DNA of 64,000 nt, from contig OZ218952.1 of assembly GCA_965112735.1 (NCBI GenBank), positions 4,092,001 to 4,156,000 on the forward strand. The letters are read 5' to 3'. A program made the translations under genes and the position numbers. How positions within the stretch are numbered: position 1 is the first letter of the stretch; every line of letters begins with the position of its first letter. The notes beneath the pieces are model-generated. The model did not search any database and was not told the DNA's origin. It saw nothing but the letters and a program-made list of their open reading frames with translations. Origin of the DNA: Phaeosaccion multiseriatum. Lineage: Eukaryota > Protista > Ochrophyta, other classes. This document shows positions 37,818 to 48,800 of this stretch, in pieces.

Positions 37818-38183
37818 ATGGACTCCGAAGATTCACGGGTTACCATCTACATTCTGCGCCTGGAGCACGGGAAGTGGTATTAGGGCAAGACCTCCAATCT
37901 GGAAGACAGGTTCATCGCGCATCGGGAGGTGAAGGCGTCCACGTGGACGCGCATGCATCGCCCCCTGGAGATATCCCAAAAGTACGAAGGGTGCTGCCCC
38001 TTCGACGAGGACAAGTATACCCTAGTGGCCATGCACATGTACGGGATCAACAATGTCCGCGGGGCGTCCTACGTGCAATTGGTTCTGTCCAGGTCCCAGG
38101 TACTGGAGATTACGCAGCGGATTCGCATGGCGAGCGACAGATGCGCCCAGTGCGGGGAGGGCGGACACTTCATACGCGACTGC
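37818..38183 (+). pseudogene. GIY-YIG nuclease + CCHC zinc knuckle (giant-virus-like family), in-frame TAG and 3'-interrupted by an LTR
   Basis: Read-through gives MDSEDSRVTIYILRLEHGKWY*GKTSNLEDRFIAH..STWTRMHRP..DEDKYTL.AMHMYGINNVRGASY..DRCAQCGEGGHFIRDC; stop at 37881-37883; intronless. Confidence 0.8.
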
Positions 38184-38706
38184 TGTAGCGTCGGTGAGCC
38201 TTCGCTAACTTACTGTGACACACACTCTATGTCTCTTCACTCTCACTCCTGGTGAGGCAGAGACACTAAGGCTTTATTGCAAGAACGCGAGTAATTTATT
38301 CTTAGCATTACTGGTGGGTTTCCGAAACGTCATGAATGAGTGCTCTACTCCACAGTCCCCCTTTAAGAAGCTTGATAGGAAACTATCCTGTCGAGCTATA
38401 GGAAAAAAAGGAGGAAAAAACGAGTGAGAAGACATCGTGAGAAAAACGTGCGAAGGAAAACTCCAAACAAAACAAGAAAAAATATCACACACGCAGCTTG
38501 TGCATGTGCAACAGGTCACGTTTGACCGTGGGAGAGAGCTTCATCTTCCGGAGGTATTGCTGCATGGTAGCAACAGGCATATCCCCCATCAGTAGGTGAA
38601 GAGGCTCCCAAGTGCGTTCGTCGGCTTCAAAACCAAGCCAATGAACTAGAACTTCGTATTCACCTTGTTCCTTGTGGAGTGTGACGAAGGAGTCGATCTG
38701 ATACTT
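38184..38706 (-). mobile_element. 3' remnant of a chromodomain-bearing Ty3/Gypsy LTR retrotransposon (chromodomain 38485-38706, PPT, 171-bp LTR 38184-38354)
   Basis: Mirror of 52680-53201. Confidence 0.75.
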
Positions 38707-38896
38707 TGCCAGGCTATCTGAGCCGTGCTCACGCCCCTCCTCTCTTCTTCTCTACCCCCTTACTCCCTTTCTGGCTTGAGAAGCTGGACGTTCTGGCCTC
38801 ACGCGGCAGTGTCAGCTTCAGTTTCAGAGGCAACCCCCCCCTCCTTTCGAAAGTCAGAGAATCAGTGACTTACTAAGCCTGACTGACTTCAGATAC

Positions 38897-41800
38897 TCAG
38901 GTGAGAGACAGCCACACACGGACCTTGAGCCTCCCGTCGGTGCCAGGCTCGTCCATGAAGGCATTCCTCCGATGTGCCACAATGTGGTTGTTGGCAATGC
39001 CAATGTCTCCCCGCTTGAAGGCCTGATTGAAGCGACATTCTTCCCAAAGAGCCTTCTCGAGTTCAATAGTGGCAATTTGGGTGAGGGGCGACAGTTTGTA
39101 GCCAGCCTTGCGATGGCCACTCTCCAACCATTCCTGAATGAAGCGGAAACTCATTTGGCGAGAGGAGTCTCGGTAGTCGAAGATGGGGTAGCTGTTGAGA
39201 CGAATGCGCTGCCGAAGCACGGCCGGGGAGCGGGACAGGAGTAAGAAAAAGTCTTTCGGGTTGACACGGGACCCACTCCCGAAGCCTTCTACCCCACGCT
39301 CAAGGATGTCCCGGACGAGAGGCCTGCGGAGTTCGTAGAGGAGGAAAGCAGGCAGCCGATTCTGTAACCGATGCCAAGCGTTACACGCCGATGCCATTTG
39401 GAACTCTCCTCCCTGTGAGGCGGGGCGGACGCAGAGCAGTCCCACACAGTCAGGCATCCAGTCCCTGCTAGAGCCGTCCGTGTGCCAGCCGCACTCGCTG
39501 TTCACGGCCGAAAAGAGCACATTATCTTTGCTGGCGTCCAGGCCGCGATTGCGCACCTGGTGTGCATCGAAGCACGCGAGGCGGGGAGGGAGGGGCGGGG
39601 CAGTCACGGGGGCAGGAGAGCAGCACAACGGACGAGAAGGAAGGAACGATCACCGTCAGTCAAAGGGATTTTGAAGCAGCCGGAAGAGAGTGAGTGTGGT
39701 GGGACGGAGGAAGGGACGAAGGGGGGCCAGGGAGGGGAAAGGGAAGGGAGCGAGGGAGTAAGGCAGACAGGTAGGCAGGAGGGCAGACAAGCAGCAATAG
39801 GAAAGCGTTTGGAATTGTGGACAGCAAAGCCCGCAAGCAACCCGGACGGTGGGCGGGGGGGTGTCAGAACAGTGGGTGGGGTGAGCGTGTGGGCGACACT
39901 CACGTCGAATAGACGGCCACGCGTGTCGTTTATCTTGGCCACGGAGCTGGCGAGGATGAAAAAGCACAGCTTGGCGAACTTCTCCCGGTGGAGCTCATCC
40001 GTCTCGTGCATGCTGTCTATGTCGAGGCCCCGAATCAGAATGTTGCCCGACTTGACCATGAGCTGCTTGGCGACAAAGTATCCGAATCGTCGCGTCTCAG
40101 CCAGGGGCCACACGTCCCCTGGGGTATAAGTCTCATGGTCGATGCCCTTGGCCAGCAGAGCACGCGCAGATCCATACAACTCGTCAAGCACCCCTTGCGG
40201 CAGGTGCAGCACAAACTCCGAGTCGCGCAGCATTTCGTTCCAGATGACCTCCTGTGGCGGCAGCATGAACTTGACGCTGGAGGCAAGGGCGGGCAGGATG
40301 CGTCCATCGGCACCCCGGCTACACAAAATGCGGTCGATCTCCTCGTCCGTGGTGTCGGTACCCAAGGCACCGTCCGTGCCGGCCTGCTCCAGGGCCACAG
40401 TTTTTCGCGCACCAATGCACATGTGAAGGGGTACCCCTTCCAAGGGCGCAAAGAAGTCGGAACTCGCCGCCAGGGTGGAGTCCACGGTGAGCTCCTTCAC
40501 CATCGGCGCGGTCGTGAAGCCCACTTCCTGCAGGAAGTTGAAATAGTCTTCCACCCTCTGTCGGGTTGTTGTTGCCGTTTTGTGTGTGTGCGTGCGTTCG
40601 TGTGTGTTGTTGTGGGCGTCTCAGTCTCAGTTTGTACCCGACAAATCAATCGAGGAGCGGTCTTTGTGCTGAAAGTGGGCGTGTTGGTTTTACAGGTCGG
40701 AGGTCAACAGGGTGGAGGGCAGTAGAAACAAGAGGAACAGGTGCTGCACGCATCCACACAAACGCGCACACACGCACAAACGCATGCAGAAGCATGCATA
40801 CACACATGTATACACACACACACGTACACGCACGCACCTTGTGGAAGTTCCGCACGTTGAGGCTGCCGCCGTCGGTTCTGTAGATCTTTCCCTCGAGGCA
40901 TTGGTCCATAGCGTTAAAGTAGTTCTGCTGCTCGGTGGGGCGCTTCCAATGGAAAGGAGGAACGTGCTCTCGCTGCCACCAGGGGGAACATGGGTGGGGC
41001 ACCGAGAAGATGAAGTGTCCTCCGTCCTTTAGCAGCCGCTGGACGTCGTGACCAACCTGAGTCGGGCGGGCGGGCAGGGGTTGCGGTGGTGGTGGGGGTG
41101 GTTGTGGATGTGGTGAGCTGGTGAGAGGGGCGACCGGGAGAGGCGCCGTGCGAGTGAGTGCCCGTCAATAGGTACGATGTGATGTGCGGGAATGTGTGCT
41201 TGTGTGGGAGGAGAGGCAGTTGGGGGGGTGGCGATGTAAAAGGACCACAGGTACGAGCCTTCATACAGGTCTTCCTTGACGACCCGACCGAGCAACATGA
41301 GGAGACATGTGACAGCGCGCACGCACACACACACACCAACACACACACCCAAACACATGCGCGCACGCACACACGCACTCTCGCACACGCACACAAACAC
41401 GTATACACACGCACACACACGCGCACACGCACACACACACACACACACGCACATACATACACACACACACGCACATACATACACAAACACGCAAAGACAT
41501 ACACACCCTACCTGCTTCATATCCTCGATGGTCATGTAGTTGAAGAGGAACACGGCGACAATAACGTCGAACGATTCCTCAATGGTTTGGAACTGTCGCC
41601 CGAGCAACCCTGCCTCTCTTTGTAGCGTCTGGACGAGGCTGCGGGAGTCGCCTGCCACATACTTGATATTGCCCAGGGGTGAAGCCTCCTCCGCGGCTTT
41701 GGCTTTTTCAATCATATCGGAAGAGATATCGATGCCGATGATGTCTTTCGCCCCCATCTCCGAGAGAATACGTGCACAGTATCCCTCGCCACAGCCCACG

Positions 41801-44800
41801 TCCAAGACGGAGGCTCCCTGAATGAAAGGCTTGCACATGTTGAAGAGGGCAGGGCGGCCGGTGAAGTCCGAAAGGCAGGAGGGCTCACGTCTTGCCCATG
41901 CGTTGCTCTGCTCATCGTACAGCTCGGACACGCTCTTGCCTGCGGTGGCCTCGCTGAACAAGCCTTGGGCTCCTCCTCCCCCTGCCCCGTCCTTCTCATC
42001 GACACCACCAATACCCTTTCCCTCCTTCACAGACACCGCGGGTGCGAGCGGGCATCCACTGCCATCGCCCCCACCTTTTCCCATGGCCGCACAAGGCGCG
42101 GAGGACTTGCCTTTTTCAGCCTCGGCCTTGGCTTCTCCTAGAGCCTCTGTGATGGCGAATGGACAGCCCCCTCCCACCGGCGGGCGCGGGAGTGGCGGCG
42201 ACACCGCCGAGGGCGAGTTCGACTCCGGGTCCACAGGCATCTTGTTAGCCCGCGCCAGCAGGCCATCCCACATGACGGACCGCGCTCTCAACGCAAGCTT
42301 TGCCCCACGGAACACGGCCTCTCGCGCCTCCTTGTCGTTCCCGGTGAGCTTCACGACAACATTCAGCAAGGTGGTCCCGTGCTCATCATCGCAGATGGTG
42401 TGCAGAGGGAAGAAGACGAAGGCCTGCTCGTCTCCGAAGACCTGTTTGAGCCCGCTGTAAATGAGCGGGTAAATGACTGGCACGAGCAGCTCTGCCCCGT
42501 ACGCGAAGGCCCCCAGCGCTTGATGTGGAGAGGACTCTGCGATTTCGGTCATGGTCTTGGTGAAGACATCTCCAGGGCCCTCCTCCTGCCCTCCTCCTCT
42601 TTCTCCTCCCTCCTTCTTGGTATCATCTCCCCCCGTGGCCCTCTCCGTCACGAGTTTGACGAGATTCTCAAACAGCTCGGTGTGAGGAATACCGTCGAAG
42701 GAGGCAACTGAATAGCCCTTCGCTTGTAGTTTGAGGCTCGCCTCGGGATCTACCAGCCCTTCCTCCTCCTTCTGATCGCTTTCGACCATGTCACGGAGCT
42801 CTGCAGGTGGGGTTAGGGCAAGGACGACACGGGACAAGGAGAGGGGAGGGGGAGAAGGAGGGGGGGGCGGAGGGAGAAGAAGGGGGGGTGGAGGAGGGGG
42901 GGGGCGGGAGACGGAGACGGAGACAAGGGAGAGGGAGAGACAGAGGCGAAAGGGAGAGGGATGGAGAGGGAGAGGTAGAGGGGAGATGGAGAGGGAGAGC
43001 AGAAGGAGACAGGGAAGGGAGAGGGGGAGGGCGGGGATTAGAGGGGAGAGGGAGAGGGAGGGGAAATGGAGAGGGAGAAGGGGGGGAAGTGGAGAGGGAG
43101 AGGGGAGACGGAGAGGGAGAGCAGACGGGAGAAGGAGACAAGGAAGGGAGAGGAAGAGAGGGCGGCCATGACAAGGTGGGATTTGCCGTAATCATCACAC
43201 GGGTCAAGGAGGATGAGGACTGCAGCACTGCTGCAGAGTTTCGTGTCGGTATTGTAACAGACACAAAAGGCAGGGTTTGATAGAGTGGTGGAGGGGGAAA
43301 CAGCCTGTACATTGTACATTCACTCACTCACTCTGTCTCTCTCTCTCTCACACACACGTGCTCACTCTCTCTCTGTCTCTCACACACGCCCACAGACACA
43401 CGCGCGCACACCCAACCAAACAAGCGCATGAACACACACACGTTTTTACACCCTTACACACACTCACACATACACACAATTTTCCACCCTCACACACACA
43501 CACTCATACACACACACATTTACACGCCCACGCACACACACACACAACACACACGCATCTGCTTTGCGTCCACCTCCTCCTCACTCTCCTCCCCTCGCCC
43601 AAGGCAATGCTATCCATGGCAGCGTACCTGGGCAAGCCATTTGGCTCGTGATTTTCTTGCTGAGCTCAAGGAAGCTGCGCGAGTACTTGCGATACTCTGT
43701 CACAAAGTCGAGGCACGCCCTTCGCGGGTGCATGAAGCTTGTTCCTCTACCGAACCGCTTGAGGTACTCGTGCGTGCTGGCCGGGTGGTGCAGTCCCGCT
43801 CTCAGGACGTAGTCGGCGAACGCTTCCCCCGTGGTGACTTCAGGGTTGAGATACGGCTGGTCCTGTCCGTATTCGACCATCCTTCCCACCGCCAGATTAG
43901 GGCTTGGAGTGGGTGGTGAATGTGGTCGGTGGGTTTGGCGGTGTGGATTGGTGGTGGTGGGGGTGGTGGCAGTGGTCGTGGCAAGGGGCGGTGTGTGGTG
44001 GAAATGGCGATAGTGGCGGAGGCAGTCGTCGGTGGTGGTGGTGGTGGTGGTGGCGGTTGTGGTGGCGATGATGGTGGCGGCAGTGGATGAAGAGACCGAG
44101 CGTAGGGAAGAAACAACGAAACAACACACAGAAATAAGCACAACAAGCGCAAGCGCAACAACATCCACAAGAAGAAACCACCAACCATCACTACACAGCC
44201 ACCGCAGTCAGTCATTCAGTCATTCAGTCTGACCACCCACCCACCCATCGTGCAACTGCAGGAGGGGGCAGGGTCAGCAGGCTGCCACTTACTCGTTTAG
44301 GAGGTCCTTACGCTCACTCGCGGTCATCATGGTGTAGTAGATGAGGTCAAAGAGCGTGGTCCACTGCTTCTTCTCCTCTTGTGAAATGTCCACTGGCATG
44401 GCTTTAAAGAAGCTGGTGAGGAGGGAGTGGAAATGCTCTTGCGTAACGCCCATCTCAATGTGCTTGACACCCAGGCGCTGCAGGCGGGGAATCCACTCCT
44501 CAAAGGACTCCAAAGAGTAGACGATCTGCTGGAGGAGGAGGAACACAGGCTTGACGTTGGCATTGAGGTTGGCATTGAAGAGCGGGATGGTCTCCGGGTG
44601 CGACTTGAAGAGGTTGCCCAGCCAATGCCGGGAGAAGCGCAGCAGCTCGTCCGGGTCTTCCCAGCACTTCATGACGCGGTCCAGGCTGTGCTCGAGCGAA
44701 GACTGGTCGAGATTGTGGGCAATGTACGTCTTCTCTTGATTGGTCTTGTTCTTGACTTCACTGTCGGGTGTGCTGATACCCTTCATTTGCATAAAGGCCG

Positions 44801-45518
44801 AGGTATCCCACTTGAGAACGGCGGCTGTGGAGGAGTGTATGTGTGAACAAGAAATCATGTGGTGGAGGATGGGTGGGGCGTGGGAGAAGAAGGGGCTTGA
44901 GTCGAAATGCGCCGCCCACCTATGGACCAACAACAAAGACAGCGCATCTCGAGATGTCGACGACCTCTCAGCATGGCAATGGCGCGGGCCGGAGAAGCCC
45001 CCCCCCCCTCTTCTCTACCGACCTGCAAATTCATCGAAGTCAAGCTCGCCATTGCCGTCCAGATCAACAGCCGCAAACACCGCGGCAGCAAACTCAGCGT
45101 CCATGTCCTTCGTCCCGCCAGGCACAAAGTCCAGATTGCCCCGCTCGAATGCGTCCGCCATGTCCTGGGCCGTGAAGACTCCCTGGCCCCTAACATCGAA
45201 GGCCTTGAACATCTCGCGAACGAGCATCAGCAAGGCGAACTCGTCACCCTCCCGCTCGTACTCGCTCAGACTGTACATCTCCACGAGCTGCGCACGCGAA
45301 AGCGATGTCACATGGGCGGCCTTCTTCCCCTCCTCCACTTCCACCCCACAAAACCCCACCCACTCGGCCCACATGTTCTCTGCGGCCTCATCGGTCCAGC
45401 TCAGGGCCGCCAAGAGGGACATGAACTTGGCCTTCTGCACGGCCCATCCGTCTTGGTCGCCCAACAGGTAGAGAAGGTCATCAAGGCACGAAGAGGGGGA
45501 CAGAGATGCCGCGGACAT
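38897..45518 (-). CDS. Intact five-module fusion protein (~1374 aa): EF-hand - globin - heme-oxygenase-like diiron oxidase (CADD/TenA/PqqC fold) - class I SAM methyltransferase - TauD/CAS-like Fe(II)/2OG dioxygenase
   Basis: Exons 45023-45518, 44293-44824, 43628-43902, 41512-42800, 40838-41056, 39904-40557 and 38897-39556 total 4125 nt, all GT-AG and phase-compatible. Motifs: [12 protein letters not shown]; [27 protein letters not shown]; [20 protein letters not shown]; [22 protein letters not shown]; [20 protein letters not shown]. Confidence 0.85.
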
Positions 45519-45663
45519 GTTGTTTTGACAAACTCAAGCAAAAGCGTGCTTTTCCCAGCTCAAGTCCGCTGCACGAGGCGTGCTGCACAAGCAAGGCGTC
45601 AGACCGTGCTGATAAATTGCTCAGGTCCTGTTGGTCTTCGATACCGGTCTTCTTCGCCACTTA

Positions 45664-45750
45664 CCCGTCGTCTCGACCAGCAAATCTACACCTGCAATTG
45701 TGAGCTTAAACTGGAACTGAAATTTCCTTCGTGGTACCTTTTACCTTATC
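45664..45750 (-). promoter_or_regulatory. 87-bp unique palindrome spacer; probable core promoter and non-coding first exon of the left copy
   Basis: The minus strand has an Inr-like TTTCAGTTCCAGTTT (45708-45722), followed by a consensus donor G|GTAAGT at 45665/45664, with no ATG in between. Confidence 0.5.
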
Positions 45751-45895
45751 TAAGTGGCGAAGAAGACCGGTATCGAAGACCAACAGGACCTGAGCAATTT
45801 ATCAGCACGGTCTGACGCCTTGCTTGTGCAGCACGCCTCGTGCAGCGGACTTGAGCTGGGAAAAGCACGCTTTTGCTTGAGTTTGTCAAAACAAC

Positions 45896-48800
45896 ATGTC
45901 CGCGGCATCTCTGTCCCCCTCTTCGTGCCTTGATGACCTTCTCTACCTGTTGGGCGACCAAGACGGATGGGCCGTGCAGAAGGCCAAGTTCATGTCCCTC
46001 TTGGCGGCCCTGAGCTGGACCGATGAGGCCGCAGAGAACATGTGGGCCGAGTGGGTGGGGTTTTGTGGGGTGGAAGTGGAGGAGGGGAAGAAGGCCGCCC
46101 ATGTGACATCGCTTTCGCGTGCGCAGCTCGTGGAGATGTACAGTCTGAGCGAGTACGAGCGGGAGGGTGACGAGTTCGCCTTGCTGATGCTCGTTCGCGA
46201 GATGTTCAAGGCCTTCGATGTTAGGGGCCAGGGAGTCTTCACGGCCCAGGACATGGCGGACGCATTCGAGCGGGGCAATCTGGACTTTGTGCCTGGCGGG
46301 ACGAAGGACATGGACGCTGAGTTTGCTGCCGCGGTGTTTGCGGCTGTTGATCTGGACGGCAATGGCGAGCTTGACTTCGATGAATTTGCAGGTCGGTAGA
46401 GAAGAGGGGGGGGGGGCTTCTCCGGCCCGCGCCATTGCCATGCTGAGAGGTCGTCGACATCTCGAGATGCGCTGTCTTTGTTGTTGGTCCATAGGTGGGC
46501 GGCGCATTTCGACTCAAGCCCCTTCTTCTCCCACGCCCCACCCATCCTCCACCACATGATTTCTTGTTCACACATACACTCCTCCACAGCCGCCGTTCTC
46601 AAGTGGGATACCTCGGCCTTTATGCAAATGAAGGGTATCAGCACACCCGACAGTGAAGTCAAGAACAAGACCAATCAAGAGAAGACGTACATTGCCCACA
46701 ATCTCGACCAGTCTTCGCTCGAGCACAGCCTGGACCGCGTCATGAAGTGCTGGGAAGACCCGGACGAGCTGCTGCGCTTCTCCCGGCATTGGCTGGGCAA
46801 CCTCTTCAAGTCGCACCCGGAGACCATCCCGCTCTTCAATGCCAACCTCAATGCCAACGTCAAGCCTGTGTTCCTCCTCCTCCAGCAGATCGTCTACTCT
46901 TTGGAGTCCTTTGAGGAGTGGATTCCCCGCCTGCAGCGCCTGGGTGTCAAGCACATTGAGATGGGCGTTACGCAAGAGCATTTCCACTCCCTCCTCACCA
47001 GCTTCTTTAAAGCCATGCCAGTGGACATTTCACAAGAGGAGAAGAAGCAGTGGACCACGCTCTTTGACCTCATCTACTACACCATGATGACCGCGAGTGA
47101 GCGTAAGGACCTCCTAAACGAGTAAGTGGCAGCCTGCTGACCCTGCCCCCTCCTGCAGTTGCACGATGGGTGGGTGGGTGGTCAGACTGAATGACTGAAT
47201 GACTGACTGCGGTGGCTGTGTAGTGATGGTTGGTGGTTTCTTCTTGTGGATGTTGTTGCGCTTGCGCTTGTTGTGCTTATTTCTGTGTGTTGTTTCGTTG
47301 TTTCTTCCCTACGCTCGGTCTCTTCATCCACTGCCGCCACCATCATCGCCACCACAACCGCCACCACCACCACCACCACCACCGACGACTGCCTCCGCCA
47401 CTATCGCCATTTCCACCACACACCGCCCCTTGCCACGACCACTGCCACCACCCCCACCACCACCAATCCACACCGCCAAACCCACCGACCACATTCACCA
47501 CCCACTCCAAGCCCTAATCTGGCGGTGGGAAGGATGGTCGAATACGGACAGGACCAGCCGTATCTCAACCCTGAAGTCACCACGGGGGAAGCGTTCGCCG
47601 ACTACGTCCTGAGAGCGGGACTGCACCACCCGGCCAGCACGCACGAGTACCTCAAGCGGTTCGGTAGAGGAACAAGCTTCATGCACCCGCGAAGGGCGTG
47701 CCTCGACTTTGTGACAGAGTATCGCAAGTACTCGCGCAGCTTCCTTGAGCTCAGCAAGAAAATCACGAGCCAAATGGCTTGCCCAGGTACGCTGCCATGG
47801 ATAGCATTGCCTTGGGCGAGGGGAGGAGAGTGAGGAGGAGGTGGACGCAAAGCAGATGCGTGTGTGTTGTGTGTGTGTGTGCGTGGGCGTGTAAATGTGT
47901 GTGTGTATGAGTGTGTGTGTGTGAGGGTGGAAAATTGTGTGTATGTGTGAGTGTGTGTAAGGGTGTAAAAACGTGTGTGTGTTCATGCGCTTGTTTGGTT
48001 GGGTGTGCGCGCGTGTGTCTGTGGGCGTGTGTGAGAGACAGAGAGAGAGTGAGCACGTGTGTGTGAGAGAGAGAGAGACAGAGTGAGTGAGTGAATGTAC
48101 AATGTACAGGCTGTTTCCCCCTCCACCACTCTATCAAACCCTGCCTTTTGTGTCTGTTACAATACCGACACGAAACTCTGCAGCAGTGCTGCAGTCCTCA
48201 TCCTCCTTGACCCGTGTGATGATTACGGCAAATCCCACCTTGTCATGGCCGCCCTCTCTTCCTCTCCCTTCCTTGTCTCCTTCTCCCGTCTGCTCTCCCT
48301 CTCCGTCTCCCCTCTCCCTCTCCACTTCCCCCCCCCCTTCTCCCTCTCCATTTCCCCTCCCTCTCCCTCTCCCCTCTAATCCCCGCCCTCCCCCTCTCCC
48401 TTCCCTGTCTCCTTCTGCTCTCCCTCTCCATCTCCCCTCTACCTCTCCCTCTCCATCCCTCTCCCTTTCGCCTCTGTCTCTCCCTCTCCCTTGTCTCCGT
48501 CTCCGTCTCCCTCCCCCCCCCCTCCTCCACCACCCCTTCTTCTCCCTCCGCCCCCCCCTCCTTCTCCCCCTCCCCTCTCCTTGTCCCGTGTCGTCCTTGC
48601 CCTAACCCCACCTGCAGAGCTCCGTGACATGGTCGAAAGCGATCAGAAGGAGGAGGAAGGGCTGGTAGATCCCGAGGCGAGCCTCAAACTACAAGCGAAG
48701 GGCTATTCAGTTGCCTCCTTCGACGGTATTCCTCACACCGAGCTGTTTGAGAATCTCGTCAAACTCGTGACGGAGAGGGCCACGGGGGGAGATGATACCA

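Larger units (their letters stand above)
37308..45663. repeat. Left arm of a ~16.8-kb inverted repeat (palindrome)
   Basis: Reverse complement of 45751-54077; mirrored ORFs throughout (for example 45015-45518/45896-46399 and 38897-39628/51758-52489). Confidence 0.98.

Noticed and set aside
37881-37883. TAG recoding (alternative genetic code) in the GIY-YIG ORF
   Set aside because: Other genes here end in TAG, and the ORF is also disrupted by an LTR; pseudogenisation is simpler.
41029-41511. Cys/Val-rich C-terminal extension of the 602-aa and 632-aa ORFs
   Set aside because: Read-through into a (GT)n intron after the donor at AAGCAG|GTAGGG.
48130-48260. Complex island within intron 3 of the fusion gene (extra exon or snoRNA)
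   Set aside because: Exons 3 and 4 already join in frame into a continuous HDO domain; a C-box-like GTGATGA has no matching D box.
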